A DNA stretch of 64,000 nucleotides from Aeromicrobium sp. (GCA_964219345.1 CAXPPN010000024.1:33554-97553); one strand, 5' to 3'; counted from the stretch's first letter, positions 27,343-37,457 are shown. A program made the numbers and translations. Notes: generated from the letters alone by a model not told the origin.

Positions 27343-28427
27343 TACAGTCGTTTTGAATTTAAACTCGATATAAATATAAGAAATTGTGTAACAAGCTTAA
27401 AAACTTCAAACAATGGTAATGCAATAATAAGTTTTAAATCTTGTAATTTTTTAGCAATAATACCATAACAAATATATTGAATCAAATAGCGTCCAACAAT
27501 TAATGATATGATAACCATTTCAAGTTCTGCTGTACTGAAAAACAATAAAAAAGGCGCTAAAAGATAAAATGTAAAATGACTTAAAAATAAAATGGCATTG
27601 GCGATTTGAGCAGACGGTTTACAATGTCTTAGCTTTAAATCATTTTTTGCTTGCTTTAGGAAACATTCTTTAAAGTTTGTTTTTTGTACTGGAGTAACAA
27701 AGCTATCTTTATGCAAACAAAAAGTGGTGTTCGATTTTTTAGCAACATCATTAGCAAACAATGTGGTTTCGCCAAATGAAATTTCCATATGTTGTACAAA
27801 ACCATTGGAACTAAAAAAAAGTTCTTTAGAGTAACTCACATTTGCAGATGTTCCACTGTAATAGACTCCTATTTTACCTAAAGTATAGTTTTTTATAGTA
27901 CGTAAGAAATCAAAAAAACGATAAAAATAATTGTAATGGGTATATTTTACATAACCAATCGCCATTGATTTTTTCATAGATGCTGCAGCCATATGCTGAA
28001 GCCATGATCTGGATTGAGGCTCAAAATTGACAGAGCTTAGCACCAAATTTTCGTGAGTAGCTGCTTTTATTCCAAGAGTAAGCGCGTATTTTTTGCTCGC
28101 CCAAAAGGCTTCATTGTTTTTAACATCAATTATTTTTAAAGTGGGGTTTTTCTTTTGAAAATCTTCCATGACCTCCAAAGATTCATCTGTTGATGCATGA
28201 TTGATTAAAACAATTTCAAAATTTTTATGTTTTTGTTTTAAAAAAATTGGCAGTTGTTTTTTTAAAAGCGCTGCTTGATTTTTCGTATATAAAATAAGAG
28301 ATAACTGAGAATTTGAAGTTTCTGGCGAGTCAGAAACATTTTTGAAACTCAATACAGCAGAACAGAAGAAAATAATTTCAATAAAAACTACTGCTATAAA
28401 AACATATAGTAAAACGGTCAAAAACAT
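27333..28427 (-). CDS. membrane-anchored family 2 glycosyltransferase
   Basis: N-terminal TM, a GT-A-like core (LILYTKNQ...VLINHASTDES) and C-terminal TMs. Start moved to MFLTVLLY so it no longer overlaps the upstream small ORF. Confidence 0.68.
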   Translation of the reverse strand: MFLTVLLYVFIAVVFIEIIFFCSAVLSFKNVSDSPETSNSQLSLILYTKNQAALLKKQLPIFLKQKHKNFEIVLINHASTDESLEVMEDFQKKNPTLKIIDVKNNEAFWASKKYALTLGIKAATHENLVLSSVNFEPQSRSWLQHMAAASMKKSMAIGYVKYTHYNYFYRFFDFLRTIKNYTLGKIGVYYSGTSANVSYSKELFFSSNGFVQHMEISFGETTLFANDVAKKSNTTFCLHKDSFVTPVQKTNFKECFLKQAKNDLKLRHCKPSAQIANAILFLSHFTFYLLAPFLLFFSTAELEMVIISLIVGRYLIQYICYGIIAKKLQDLKLIIALPLFEVFKLVTQFLIFISSLNSKRLYWN

Positions 28428-28440
28428 TTTTTTGGGGTTA

Positions 28441-28641
28441 TTATTTTTCGTTGTTGTCGCAATCCCCAAATTGATCGGGGGTTTTTCCACAAAAGCCACA
28501 GGCTTCACCTTCTGTATTCAACATTGGGTTTTGACTGGCGCAAGTTCCACTAAATTCACCATCTTTTTTGGCCCATATTTTAAGTGAAATTCCTGCAATT
28601 CCAAGTCCCAACAATGCAAGGGTTATCAAAAGTAGTTTCAT
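28441..28641 (-). CDS. small single-pass membrane protein with four cysteines (66 aa)
   Basis: MKLLLITLALLGLGIAGISLKIWAKK followed by C-x14-C-x2-C-x9-C. First gene of the sigma/GT2/Nramp string. Confidence 0.55.
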   Translation of the reverse strand: MKLLLITLALLGLGIAGISLKIWAKKDGEFSGTCASQNPMLNTEGEACGFCGKTPDQFGDCDNNEK

Positions 28642-28760
28642 ATTATAAAAATGATTTGTACAAAGATACAACTAAATTAAAATAAAAAAATAGGGTAAAA
28701 AATGTGACTTTTTTGAAAAATATGTGTCATACACTATAGGAAACAATAAATATATTTATC

Positions 28761-29441
28761 ATTAAAAAACTTTTTGCAGAATTTTTTGGAACATTTTGGC
28801 TCGTATTTGGAGGTTGTGGAAGCGCTGTTTTCTCCGCCGCTTACCCAGAGTTAGGTATTGGGTTTCTAGGGGTTGCACTTGCCTTTGGACTTACTGTTTT
28901 GACGATGGCATACGCCGTTGGGCATATTTCGGGTGCACATTTTAATCCTGCCGTTTCTTTTGGACTTTGGGCAGCAGGTCGATTTGAAGGTAAAAATTTG
29001 TTGGGCTATGTTTTGGCACAACTTATAGGTGCTCTTGTAGCTGCTGGAACTTTGTTTTTGATCCTTAGTGGAAAACCAGGTTTTGAAACGGTTGGTGGAT
29101 TCGCTTCCAATGGCTATGGTGTGCTTTCGCCAGGTGGATTTTCTATGTTCTCTGTTTTAGTTGCTGAGTTTGTTTTAACAGCATTTTTTCTGTTTATCAT
29201 TTTAGGAAGTACAAGTAAAGATGCCCCTAGTAAATTTGCACCTATTGCTATTGGTTTAGGACTTACATTGATTCATTTGATCAGTATTCCTATTTCAAAT
29301 ACTTCTGTAAACCCAGCACGTTCAACAAGTCAAGCACTTTTTGCAGGTGGTGATTATCCTGCACAACTTTGGTTGTTTTGGTTGGCTCCAATAGCTGGGG
29401 CTATTGTTGCTGGGCTAATTTGTAAGGCAAGTAAAAAGTGA
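28761..29441 (+). CDS. aqpZ: aquaporin Z (apparent ATT start)
   Basis: Two NPA boxes (HFNPAVS, SVNPARS). The in-frame conserved N-terminus [23 protein letters not shown] extends upstream of the ORF-track start back to ATT at 28761, with a stop at 28737. Confidence 0.83.
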   Translation: MKKLFAEFFGTFWLVFGGCGSAVFSAAYPELGIGFLGVALAFGLTVLTMAYAVGHISGAHFNPAVSFGLWAAGRFEGKNLLGYVLAQLIGALVAAGTLFLILSGKPGFETVGGFASNGYGVLSPGGFSMFSVLVAEFVLTAFFLFIILGSTSKDAPSKFAPIAIGLGLTLIHLISIPISNTSVNPARSTSQALFAGGDYPAQLWLFWLAPIAGAIVAGLICKASKK

Positions 29442-29462
29442 TTTGATTAGGATATAAAAAAA

Positions 29463-30470
29463 TCACAAAATATTTACTTCTGCTTCCAAAGGAATACCAA
29501 AGATGGTATCAATAGCTTTTTGAATAGTTTGTGAGAGATTTAGAATATCTTTGCCTTTGGCTCCTCCATAATTGACAAGAACTAGGGCTTGATTTTTGTG
29601 AACACCATAGTTTCCAAAATTTTTGCCCTTAAATCCTGCTGTTTCAATGAGCCAACCTGCTGGAATTTTTATTTCTTGTTCTGAAACAGGGTAGTGTGGT
29701 ATGTTTGGGAATTGCGATTCTAATTCCTTAAATTTTGATACTGTTACTACAGGATTTTTAAAAAAACTCCCACTGTTTCCAAGACGTTTTGGGTCAGGAA
29801 GTTTGGATTGACGTATTGCAATTACAGCTTTTGAAACATCTTTAATTGTTGGACTTTTTACATTCATTTTTTTTAACTCCTCACCAATGGCACCGTAGCT
29901 AGTTTTGAGATTGTGTTCTGTATGAGTGAGTTCAAAGGTCACAGATACAATGATATATTGCCCTTTGACCTCAGACTTAAAAATAGAATTTCTATAATCA
30001 AATTTACAGTCTGCTTTCGAAAAAGTTTCAATCTCTAGCGTATGTAAATTGAGCGCTTCGCAATCAACAAAAGTATCTTTAAGTTCCACGCCGTAGGCAC
30101 CAATATTTTGAATGGGTGCAGTCCCAACATTTCCTGGAATTAGCGATAGATTTTCCAGTCCGCCTAAATTTTGTTGTAAAGACCAAAGCACAAAATCGTG
30201 CCAATTTTCACCCGCTTCAACTTTTACTCTAGTAGTTTTTTTACTTTTTGCACCTGTTTCTATACCCTTTAAATCCAAATGAACCACAAGACCTTCGATG
30301 TCTTTGGTTAAGAGCATATTGCTACCACCGCCAATAACTAAGAGTTTTTTGGGATTTGTCTTTAAAACAGCAATTAAATCTTCTAGGGTTTTTACAGAAA
30401 CAAAAAATTCTGCCTTAACGTCTATGTCAAAGGTATTATAAGGTTTTAGTGAAACGTGTTGTTGAATCAT
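29463..30470 (-). CDS. murB: UDP-N-acetylmuramate dehydrogenase
   Basis: 335 aa with an FAD-binding PCMH domain (VIGGGSNML) and a MurB C-terminus (GSFFKNP). Confidence 0.92.
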   Translation of the reverse strand: MIQQHVSLKPYNTFDIDVKAEFFVSVKTLEDLIAVLKTNPKKLLVIGGGSNMLLTKDIEGLVVHLDLKGIETGAKSKKTTRVKVEAGENWHDFVLWSLQQNLGGLENLSLIPGNVGTAPIQNIGAYGVELKDTFVDCEALNLHTLEIETFSKADCKFDYRNSIFKSEVKGQYIIVSVTFELTHTEHNLKTSYGAIGEELKKMNVKSPTIKDVSKAVIAIRQSKLPDPKRLGNSGSFFKNPVVTVSKFKELESQFPNIPHYPVSEQEIKIPAGWLIETAGFKGKNFGNYGVHKNQALVLVNYGGAKGKDILNLSQTIQKAIDTIFGIPLEAEVNIL

Positions 30471-31663
30471 CCTAGTTTTTTAAATGCTTCAAGTCCTTTT
30501 TTGAGAATATTAACAGAGGCAATTAAATCTTCTTTTTTAAGTACATAAGCAATTCGTACTTGATTTTTTCCTAATCCTTTTGTGGTATAAAAACCTGCTG
30601 CTGGTGCAACCATTATGGTTGCATTGTCAACTCTAAATTTTTCTAGGAGCCATTGCGCAAAAGTATCGGCGTTTGGAATGGGGAGTTCTACAATACAATA
30701 GAATGCGCCTTTTGGTGTTGCAACTTTTACACCTTCAATATTTTGAAGTTCTTGAATTAAAACATTTCTGCGTTCTACATATTCTTCAATAACATTTTCA
30801 AAATACGAATTTGGAGTGTCTAGAGCTGCTTCGCTTGCAATTTGTGCATATGTAGGAGGAGAGAGTCGAGCCTGAGCAAATTTTAGAGCAGTGTCACGAA
30901 CACTTTTATTTTTTGTTACCATACATCCAATTCGGGCACCACACATGCTATATCGTTTAGAAACAGAATCTATCATTATTGCATGATCTTCTAAGCCTTC
31001 GATGGACATAATAGAGTGGTGTTTGTGACCATCGTATGTGAATTCTCTATATACTTCATCAGCGATTAAAAACAAATCATGTTTTTGGACTAATTTTGTA
31101 AGTTGTAAAATCTCTTTTTTACTGTATAAATAGCCTGTAGGATTTCCAGGATTACATATAAGAATTGCTTTTGTTTTTGATGTGATAAGTGCTTCAAAAG
31201 TCTTAATAGCTGGAAGTGCAAAATTTGAATCAATTTCAGAAACAACAGGAATAACATTAACACCTTGTGCAGCAGAAAAACCATTATAGTTGGCATAAAA
31301 TGGTTCTGGAATAATAATTTCATCATCTGGATCCATAATGCTACCAAAAGTAAAAAGCAATGCTTCGCTACCGCCTGTGGTTATAATAATGTCATCAGCG
31401 TTTACTTCAATATGATGTTGTTTGTAGTAGCGTGCCAATTTCTGTCTGTAGGTCTCAGAGCCTTCTGATCGACTGTACGCCAAAACATTAAGGTTGTTGT
31501 TTTTTACAGCTTCTAATGCCACTTTTGGTGTTACAATATCTGGCTGTCCAATATTTAAATGATACACATGTGTGCCTTCCGACTTAGCGAATTCGGCATA
31601 TGGAACTAGCTTTCGGATAGGTGAGGCAGGCATATTAAGGCCTTTATTTGAGATTTTTGGCAT
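30467..31663 (-). CDS. pyridoxal-phosphate-dependent aminotransferase (class I, aspartate aminotransferase-like)
   Basis: SVSKRYSMCGARIG PLP-lysine motif and NPGNPTG; 398 aa. Confidence 0.87.
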   Translation of the reverse strand: MPKISNKGLNMPASPIRKLVPYAEFAKSEGTHVYHLNIGQPDIVTPKVALEAVKNNNLNVLAYSRSEGSETYRQKLARYYKQHHIEVNADDIIITTGGSEALLFTFGSIMDPDDEIIIPEPFYANYNGFSAAQGVNVIPVVSEIDSNFALPAIKTFEALITSKTKAILICNPGNPTGYLYSKKEILQLTKLVQKHDLFLIADEVYREFTYDGHKHHSIMSIEGLEDHAIMIDSVSKRYSMCGARIGCMVTKNKSVRDTALKFAQARLSPPTYAQIASEAALDTPNSYFENVIEEYVERRNVLIQELQNIEGVKVATPKGAFYCIVELPIPNADTFAQWLLEKFRVDNATIMVAPAAGFYTTKGLGKNQVRIAYVLKKEDLIASVNILKKGLEAFKKLG

Positions 31664-31770
31664 ATCAATTTCTATTGAAGTTTAATGTACAAATTTATTT
31701 AAAGTTCAGGGAAAATAAAATCTAATCAAATTTAATTATACAATTTTATAAATATGATATCATTTATATA

Positions 31771-31801
31771 AAAAAAAGCATCTTAGAAAAAGATGCTTTT
31801 T
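31771..31801 (-). terminator. Rho-independent terminator after the DUF1573 gene
   Basis: A7-GCATCTT-AGAAA-AAGATGC-T5: a 7-bp stem flanked by A and T runs, 23 nt after the stop at 31824. Confidence 0.65.
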
Positions 31802-31823
31802 AATGCTGAGATAAGTTAATGTC

Positions 31824-32252
31824 TTATTGTTCTACAACACTTTTTTTAGTGGATTTCATCACACTAGTTGTTTTGTTGGGGTCAATAACAGTCCCTTTAA
31901 TTTTAAGAGCAACAGTAGGCGTATCCGCATTTGAAGTAACGGTAATAGTTTTTCGTATAGGATTAACTCTATTGGTGTCGTATTTAACTTGAATTTCTCC
32001 AGATTCACCTGGTAAAATTGGGCCTTCAGGTTTTTTTGGAACTGTACAGCCACAACTTGATTTTACTTTAGACACTATTAAGGGGGCGTCTCCAGTATTT
32101 GTAAACTTAAAAACACGAACGCCATCTGCGCCTTTTTCAATTGTTCCGTAGTCAATTACCTTGGATTCAAATTCAATTTTTGCAGTTTTTTCTTGTGCAT
32201 AGGTTTGCAAAGCAAAAACGCTAAGTAGTAATAATGTGAATAGTTTTTTCAT
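31824..32252 (-). CDS. DUF1573 domain-containing secreted protein
   Basis: Signal peptide and the SSCGCTVPKKPEGPILPGESGEIQVKYDT signature. Confidence 0.72.
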   Translation of the reverse strand: MKKLFTLLLLSVFALQTYAQEKTAKIEFESKVIDYGTIEKGADGVRVFKFTNTGDAPLIVSKVKSSCGCTVPKKPEGPILPGESGEIQVKYDTNRVNPIRKTITVTSNADTPTVALKIKGTVIDPNKTTSVMKSTKKSVVEQ

Positions 32253-32360
32253 GGTAGTGAAATTTTAGTTGAATTGTAAATTTAGAGACTTTTTTATAAA
32301 ATCAAAAATTGTACTCATATAATTCTAGTTTATTTAATTTTAAAGAACCCAAAATATGAG

Positions 32361-32368
32361 TACTTTTG
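32361..32368 (+). promoter_or_regulatory. Candidate -7 promoter box (TACTTTTG) for valS
   Basis: TAnnTTTG match 32 nt upstream of the valS ATG. Confidence 0.35.
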
Positions 32369-32399
32369 TAGACTTTAAGACAAAAATCGTTCCAAAAAT

Positions 32400-35030
32400 A
32401 TGAGTATCCCATCAAAATATGATGCACAACAGGTAGAGCAGAAGTGGTATGACTATTGGATGAAGCACCAATATTTTCATTCAAAACCAGATGACAGAAC
32501 GCCCTATACCATAGTTATTCCACCACCAAATGTAACTGGAGTACTGCATATGGGGCATATGCTAAATAATACCATTCAGGATGTTTTGATTAGACGTGCA
32601 CGACTTATGGGCAGAAATGCCTGCTGGGTGCCTGGTACCGATCATGCCTCAATTGCAACTGAAGCCAAAGTTGTTGCAAAACTTAAAGAGCAAGGGATTA
32701 ATAAAAATGATTTATCCAGAGAAGAATTTATGAGTCATGCTTGGGACTGGACCAACGAATATGGTGGGGTAATTCTAAATCAATTAAAAAAACTTGGGTG
32801 TTCATGCGACTGGGAACGTACAAAATTTACGCTAGACGATGACATGAGTGAATCGGTGATCTCTGTATTTGTAGATTTATTTAATAAAGGACTTATATAC
32901 AGAGGATACCGCATGGTAAATTGGGATCCAAAAGCACAAACAACCCTCTCTGATGAAGAAGTTATTTATGAAGAGCGTCAAGGGAATCTTTATTATATTG
33001 AATACGCCATTGAAGGTAGCGATGAAAGACTCACTATTGCCACCACACGACCAGAAACTATTTTGGGTGACTCAGCAATATGTATCAATCCAAATGATGA
33101 ACGTTTTTCTCATTTAAAAGGTAAAAAAGCAATTGTTCCTTTGTGTAATAGAGTCATTCCAATTATTGAGGACGAATATGTTGATATGGAGTTTGGAACA
33201 GGTTGTTTAAAAGTTACCCCTGCACATGACGAAAATGATAAGGTATTGGGAGACAAACACCAATTGGAGGTTATTGATATTTTTAATGCAGATGCAACAC
33301 TAAATAGCTATGGCTTACATTATGAAGGCAAAGATCGTTTTGTAGTTCGTAAAGAAATTTCAAAAGAACTAGAAGCCAAAGGATTTTTGATAAAAACAGA
33401 ACAACACACACATAAGGTTGGTACTTCGGAGCGTACAAAAGTTGTTATAGAACCACGCCTATCAGACCAATGGTTTTTAAAAATGGAAGACTTGGCAAAA
33501 CCTGCTTTGGACGCTGTTTTGAATGATGAAACTGTAAAATTATTTCCAAAAAAATTCAATAACACCTACCGCCATTGGATGGAAAACATTCGCGATTGGA
33601 ATATTTCTAGACAATTATTTTGGGGACAACAAATTCCAGCCTATTATTTTGGGGATGGTAAAGATGATTTTGTAGTTGCCAAAACAAAAGAGGAAGCACT
33701 CAAATTGGCTCAAAATAAATCACAAAATTCTGCCATTCAGCTTGATGATTTAAAACAAGATTCAGATGTTTTGGACACATGGTTTTCGTCTTGGTTATGG
33801 CCAATTTCAGTTTTTGACGGTATAAGAAATCCAGAAAATGAGGAAATTAATTATTATTATCCAACAAATGATTTGGTTACAGGACCAGATATTTTATTCT
33901 TTTGGGTAGCAAGAATGATTGTTGCTGGATTTCAGTTTAAAGATAAAAAACCTTTTGAAAATGTTTATTTAACAGGTTTGGTGCGCGACAAACAACGCCG
34001 AAAAATGAGTAAATCTTTAGGTAATTCACCAGATGCATTACAATTAATAGAACAATTTGGAGCCGACGGTGTTCGCGTAGGGCTTTTATTGAGTTCTGCT
34101 GCTGGGAACGATTTGTTGTTTGACGAAGCACTTTGTCAGCAAGGAAAAGGATTTGGAAATAAAATTTGGAATGCGTTTCGTCTAATTCAAGGTTGGGAAG
34201 TTAATGATATTGAGCAACCCAAATATGCAAAAACTGCTTTAGATTGGTATGCTTCAAAGTTTCAAAAAGTACTTAGCGAAATCGAAGATCACTTTGGTAA
34301 ATACCGTTTGAGCGATGCACTGATGTCTGTTTACAAATTGGTATGGGATGATTTTTGTTCCTGGTTATTAGAAATGATTAAACCCGCATATGGTGAAGCA
34401 ATTGATCGAAAAACATATCATCAGGTTGTGGATATTTTGGAACAAAATTTAAAAATTCTACACCCTTTTATGCCATTCTTAACCGAAGAAATTTGGCATT
34501 ATTTGAAGGAACGTACTCAAGAGCAAGCGCTCATTGTTTCTTGTTGGCCAAGTTCAGAACCTATTAACACTTCACTATTAGAAGAATTTGAATTTGCTTC
34601 GGAAGTGATTTCAGGTATAAGAAATTTGAGAAAGGAAAAACAAATTCCATTTAAAACTGCTGTAGAACTTCATGTCATTAATAATGATGAGAATTCTAAG
34701 ACTTTTGATGATTTAATTTCAAAACTTGGTAATATTTCTACAATTAAGTATACAGATTCAAATGTTGATAAAGCATTTTCATTTCGTGTAAAATCCAATG
34801 AATATTTTATGGTTGCAGATATTGCTATCGATTTAGAGGCCGAGGTTTCAAAACTTGAAGAGGAATTGGAATACACTAAAGGATTTTTGAATTCGGTGCG
34901 AAAAAAACTTTCAAACGAACGTTTTGTTTCCAATGCTCCAGAACAAGTGGTCGCAAGCGAAAAGAAAAAAGAGGCCGATGCTTTAGCCAAAATTGAAACT
35001 ATTGAAGCGAGTCTAAAAAACCTAAAATAA
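32400..35030 (+). CDS. valS: valine--tRNA ligase
   Basis: 876 aa with HMGH and KMSKS motifs and a C-terminal coiled coil. Confidence 0.97.
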   Translation: MSIPSKYDAQQVEQKWYDYWMKHQYFHSKPDDRTPYTIVIPPPNVTGVLHMGHMLNNTIQDVLIRRARLMGRNACWVPGTDHASIATEAKVVAKLKEQGINKNDLSREEFMSHAWDWTNEYGGVILNQLKKLGCSCDWERTKFTLDDDMSESVISVFVDLFNKGLIYRGYRMVNWDPKAQTTLSDEEVIYEERQGNLYYIEYAIEGSDERLTIATTRPETILGDSAICINPNDERFSHLKGKKAIVPLCNRVIPIIEDEYVDMEFGTGCLKVTPAHDENDKVLGDKHQLEVIDIFNADATLNSYGLHYEGKDRFVVRKEISKELEAKGFLIKTEQHTHKVGTSERTKVVIEPRLSDQWFLKMEDLAKPALDAVLNDETVKLFPKKFNNTYRHWMENIRDWNISRQLFWGQQIPAYYFGDGKDDFVVAKTKEEALKLAQNKSQNSAIQLDDLKQDSDVLDTWFSSWLWPISVFDGIRNPENEEINYYYPTNDLVTGPDILFFWVARMIVAGFQFKDKKPFENVYLTGLVRDKQRRKMSKSLGNSPDALQLIEQFGADGVRVGLLLSSAAGNDLLFDEALCQQGKGFGNKIWNAFRLIQGWEVNDIEQPKYAKTALDWYASKFQKVLSEIEDHFGKYRLSDALMSVYKLVWDDFCSWLLEMIKPAYGEAIDRKTYHQVVDILEQNLKILHPFMPFLTEEIWHYLKERTQEQALIVSCWPSSEPINTSLLEEFEFASEVISGIRNLRKEKQIPFKTAVELHVINNDENSKTFDDLISKLGNISTIKYTDSNVDKAFSFRVKSNEYFMVADIAIDLEAEVSKLEEELEYTKGFLNSVRKKLSNERFVSNAPEQVVASEKKKEADALAKIETIEASLKNLK

Positions 35031-35032
35031 AC

Positions 35033-35299
35033 TTATTTTCTGTAAATTAAATAGTCTTTAGCCAATTCTATATAACGTTTTTTGGCTTCATTTTGAGTGA
35101 TATCTTCTACCTGAAAAAGCGCATTTGTTTTAAATGCATTGATGATGGCTTTACCGCTTTTTGGACGTGAGTAGTCGTTGGTCGCCTTTTTGTAAAATGC
35201 ATACAATTTTAAAAGTGTATCTGCCGGAAACGGTTCCTCATGATTGTTGATACTTTCTACAGCAGCTTGAAATTCTTTATCTAAATCGTCATTTATCAT
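35033..35299 (-). CDS. acyl-CoA-binding protein-like
   Basis: LLKLYAFYKKAT matches the ACBP YxxYKxAT signature. Start set at the ATG (MINDDLDKEF) 1 nt after the psd stop. Confidence 0.58.
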   Translation of the reverse strand: MINDDLDKEFQAAVESINNHEEPFPADTLLKLYAFYKKATNDYSRPKSGKAIINAFKTNALFQVEDITQNEAKKRYIELAKDYLIYRK

Positions 35300-35300
35300 C

Positions 35301-35948
35301 TTAAAGTTCTGCAATGATACTCTCACCGCCTTTTACTTTTTGGTTTAGCTCTACTTTAAGTTTGGTATTCAAAGGTAAAAATAAATCTACTCTAGAACCA
35401 AATTTTATAAATCCTGCATCACTACCTTGAACTACATTTTGGTCTTTTTGAGCATAATTAACAATTCTTCGTGCCAATGCACCGGCAATTTGTCTGTAGA
35501 GTACTTTTCCAAACACTTTGTTCTCTACAACTACTGTTGTACGTTCATTTTCCTCGCTTGCTTTTGGATGCCATGCTACCAGATATTTTCCAGGATGGTA
35601 TTTGCTAAAAAGTACTTTTCCTCCAATGGGATAGCGTGTTACATGAACATTAATGGGCGACATAAAAACACTAACTTGAAGGCGCTTGTCTTTAAAGTAT
35701 TCTGTTTCTTCTACTTCTTCAATAACCACTACTTTTCCATCTACTGGTGAAATGAGATGTGCATCGTTGTGTTTCGTATATCTTTTAGGATTTCTAAAAA
35801 ATTGCAAAATCAAAATTAAGAAAGCCAATAATGTAATTTGCAGAGTTTTTACCAACCATGGGATTTCGATGTTATCAACTAATAAAAATAATCCCCCCAC
35901 AATAAGCAGAGTGATTACAATAATTTTTTGGCCTTCTTTATGAAACAT
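35301..35948 (-). CDS. psd: phosphatidylserine decarboxylase family proenzyme (short type)
   Basis: 215 aa with an N-terminal TM pair and the FGSRVD self-cleavage (G-S) motif. Confidence 0.85.
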   Translation of the reverse strand: MFHKEGQKIIVITLLIVGGLFLLVDNIEIPWLVKTLQITLLAFLILILQFFRNPKRYTKHNDAHLISPVDGKVVVIEEVEETEYFKDKRLQVSVFMSPINVHVTRYPIGGKVLFSKYHPGKYLVAWHPKASEENERTTVVVENKVFGKVLYRQIAGALARRIVNYAQKDQNVVQGSDAGFIKFGSRVDLFLPLNTKLKVELNQKVKGGESIIAEL

Positions 35949-36780
35949 AATGTAATAATCTTAAAAATAAATAAATAAATGGTGCAACAAATATTGCGCT
36001 GTCCAGACGGTCCAAAAGACCACCATGTCCTGGCAAAAGGTTACCGCTGTCTTTTACTCCAGCTTGGCGTTTGTATTTGGATTCAATAAGGTCGCCTAAA
36101 GTTCCAAAAACACTTACTATAACCCCTAGAATCAACCAGTTTGAAAAGAGTAGAATATCAGTAGTTTCTGAAATAAAGTAGCTTCCAGTTGCCGTAAAAA
36201 TCATACCACCAAGAAAACCTTCTATTGTTTTTTTTGGCGAAACGCTTTCAAATAATTTTTGTTTTCCAAAATTTTTACCAATAATATATGCAAAGCTATC
36301 ATTAATCCAAATGAGCGCAAAAACACCAATGATGTTTTCTGGACTATATTGTCCAAAATTATTAGCGATAAGTAACAAAAATACTATACCTGCACTGATG
36401 TAAAATGTAGTATTGATATAGCGATTGGTGAGCAGCTTTGGTAAGCTTTTGCTAGAAAATAAATCTCGTATTAAAAAAAGCAAAACAAAAATAGTAACTG
36501 TTAGTAGAATTTGAGTGGCCTCGTTCAAGCCATTAACCGAATTGGTAATAATATCCCAAAAAGCAAAAGTGCCAAATAAAATTGAAAAAATTAGGTATGA
36601 AATAATGTTGCGTTGTTCAATTAATTTGTTGAACTCAAACAAACATAATATCCCAAAAACAAAAAGTAAAGCGATGAGTACAAATTGCAATTGTGCAGAA
36701 CATACTAAAATGCTTACAAATAATGCTCCAAATACTATTCTTGTAAAAAGTTCCTTCAAAATAACGTTATAAATCTTCAA
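35938..36780 (-). CDS. cdsA: phosphatidate cytidylyltransferase
   Basis: Polytopic protein with the C-terminal signature SKYKRQAGVKDSGNLLPGHGGLLDRLDS. Confidence 0.88.
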   Translation of the reverse strand: MKIYNVILKELFTRIVFGALFVSILVCSAQLQFVLIALLFVFGILCLFEFNKLIEQRNIISYLIFSILFGTFAFWDIITNSVNGLNEATQILLTVTIFVLLFLIRDLFSSKSLPKLLTNRYINTTFYISAGIVFLLLIANNFGQYSPENIIGVFALIWINDSFAYIIGKNFGKQKLFESVSPKKTIEGFLGGMIFTATGSYFISETTDILLFSNWLILGVIVSVFGTLGDLIESKYKRQAGVKDSGNLLPGHGGLLDRLDSAIFVAPFIYLFLRLLHYVS

Positions 36781-37375
36781 GCAACAGAAGGTATAAATTT
36801 TTGGAGCTACTACCGTAACTTAAAAAATTATCATCCTCAGCGGCTTTAAAATGTTTAATGGTTGTAATGTTTGTAGGAATATTTTTTTTGTTTTTTGCTT
36901 TTATGCCATGGAGACCTTCCCCAATGGTTTTGACAATTTGACTCGTTGTGGCAAAAACAATAAAATTTTTGGGTAATTCATTTAGTTTTTTTTCTGCAAT
37001 TTGATTTGATGAAATCAAAATAGAACCGTCATTTGCAATCAGATACTCACAAGTAGTAAATAGAAAATGACCCTCATTTATGACATCGGTCGTGTTCCAA
37101 TCAAAGTCTTTAAATTTTTTTTTGAGTTTGTTATTTAATAGTAAAGCAGATTTTTCTTTCCAGTTATTTTCTTCTAATATTTGTTGAAGAAAGTCATAAA
37201 CTTCATTGATGTTTTCGCAATAAAGAAATTTACCTCCGTTTTCATTAAAGTTGATAGTAAAAGATTCATCAATAGGAGTGTCTTTTTTTGGTAAAAACTT
37301 GTTCTCGTCCTTGTTTTTTTGGTGCTCTTTATCTGATTTAGAAATTGAACCAAATATTTTTCGAAATACACTCAT
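36767..37375 (-). CDS. LUD (YkgG/LutC-like) domain protein
   Basis: 202 aa. Call rests on recalled LUD-family similarity and a conserved position upstream of cdsA. Weak by-eye assignment. Confidence 0.55.
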   Translation of the reverse strand: MSVFRKIFGSISKSDKEHQKNKDENKFLPKKDTPIDESFTINFNENGGKFLYCENINEVYDFLQQILEENNWKEKSALLLNNKLKKKFKDFDWNTTDVINEGHFLFTTCEYLIANDGSILISSNQIAEKKLNELPKNFIVFATTSQIVKTIGEGLHGIKAKNKKNIPTNITTIKHFKAAEDDNFLSYGSSSKNLYLLLLEDL

Positions 37376-37457
37376 TGATTGAACTAAGGCTGTTGATTAT
37401 CTGAGTTTCAAATATAAAAAATTTAAAATGCCTTTAGTTTAAAAAAATACGATTTTT

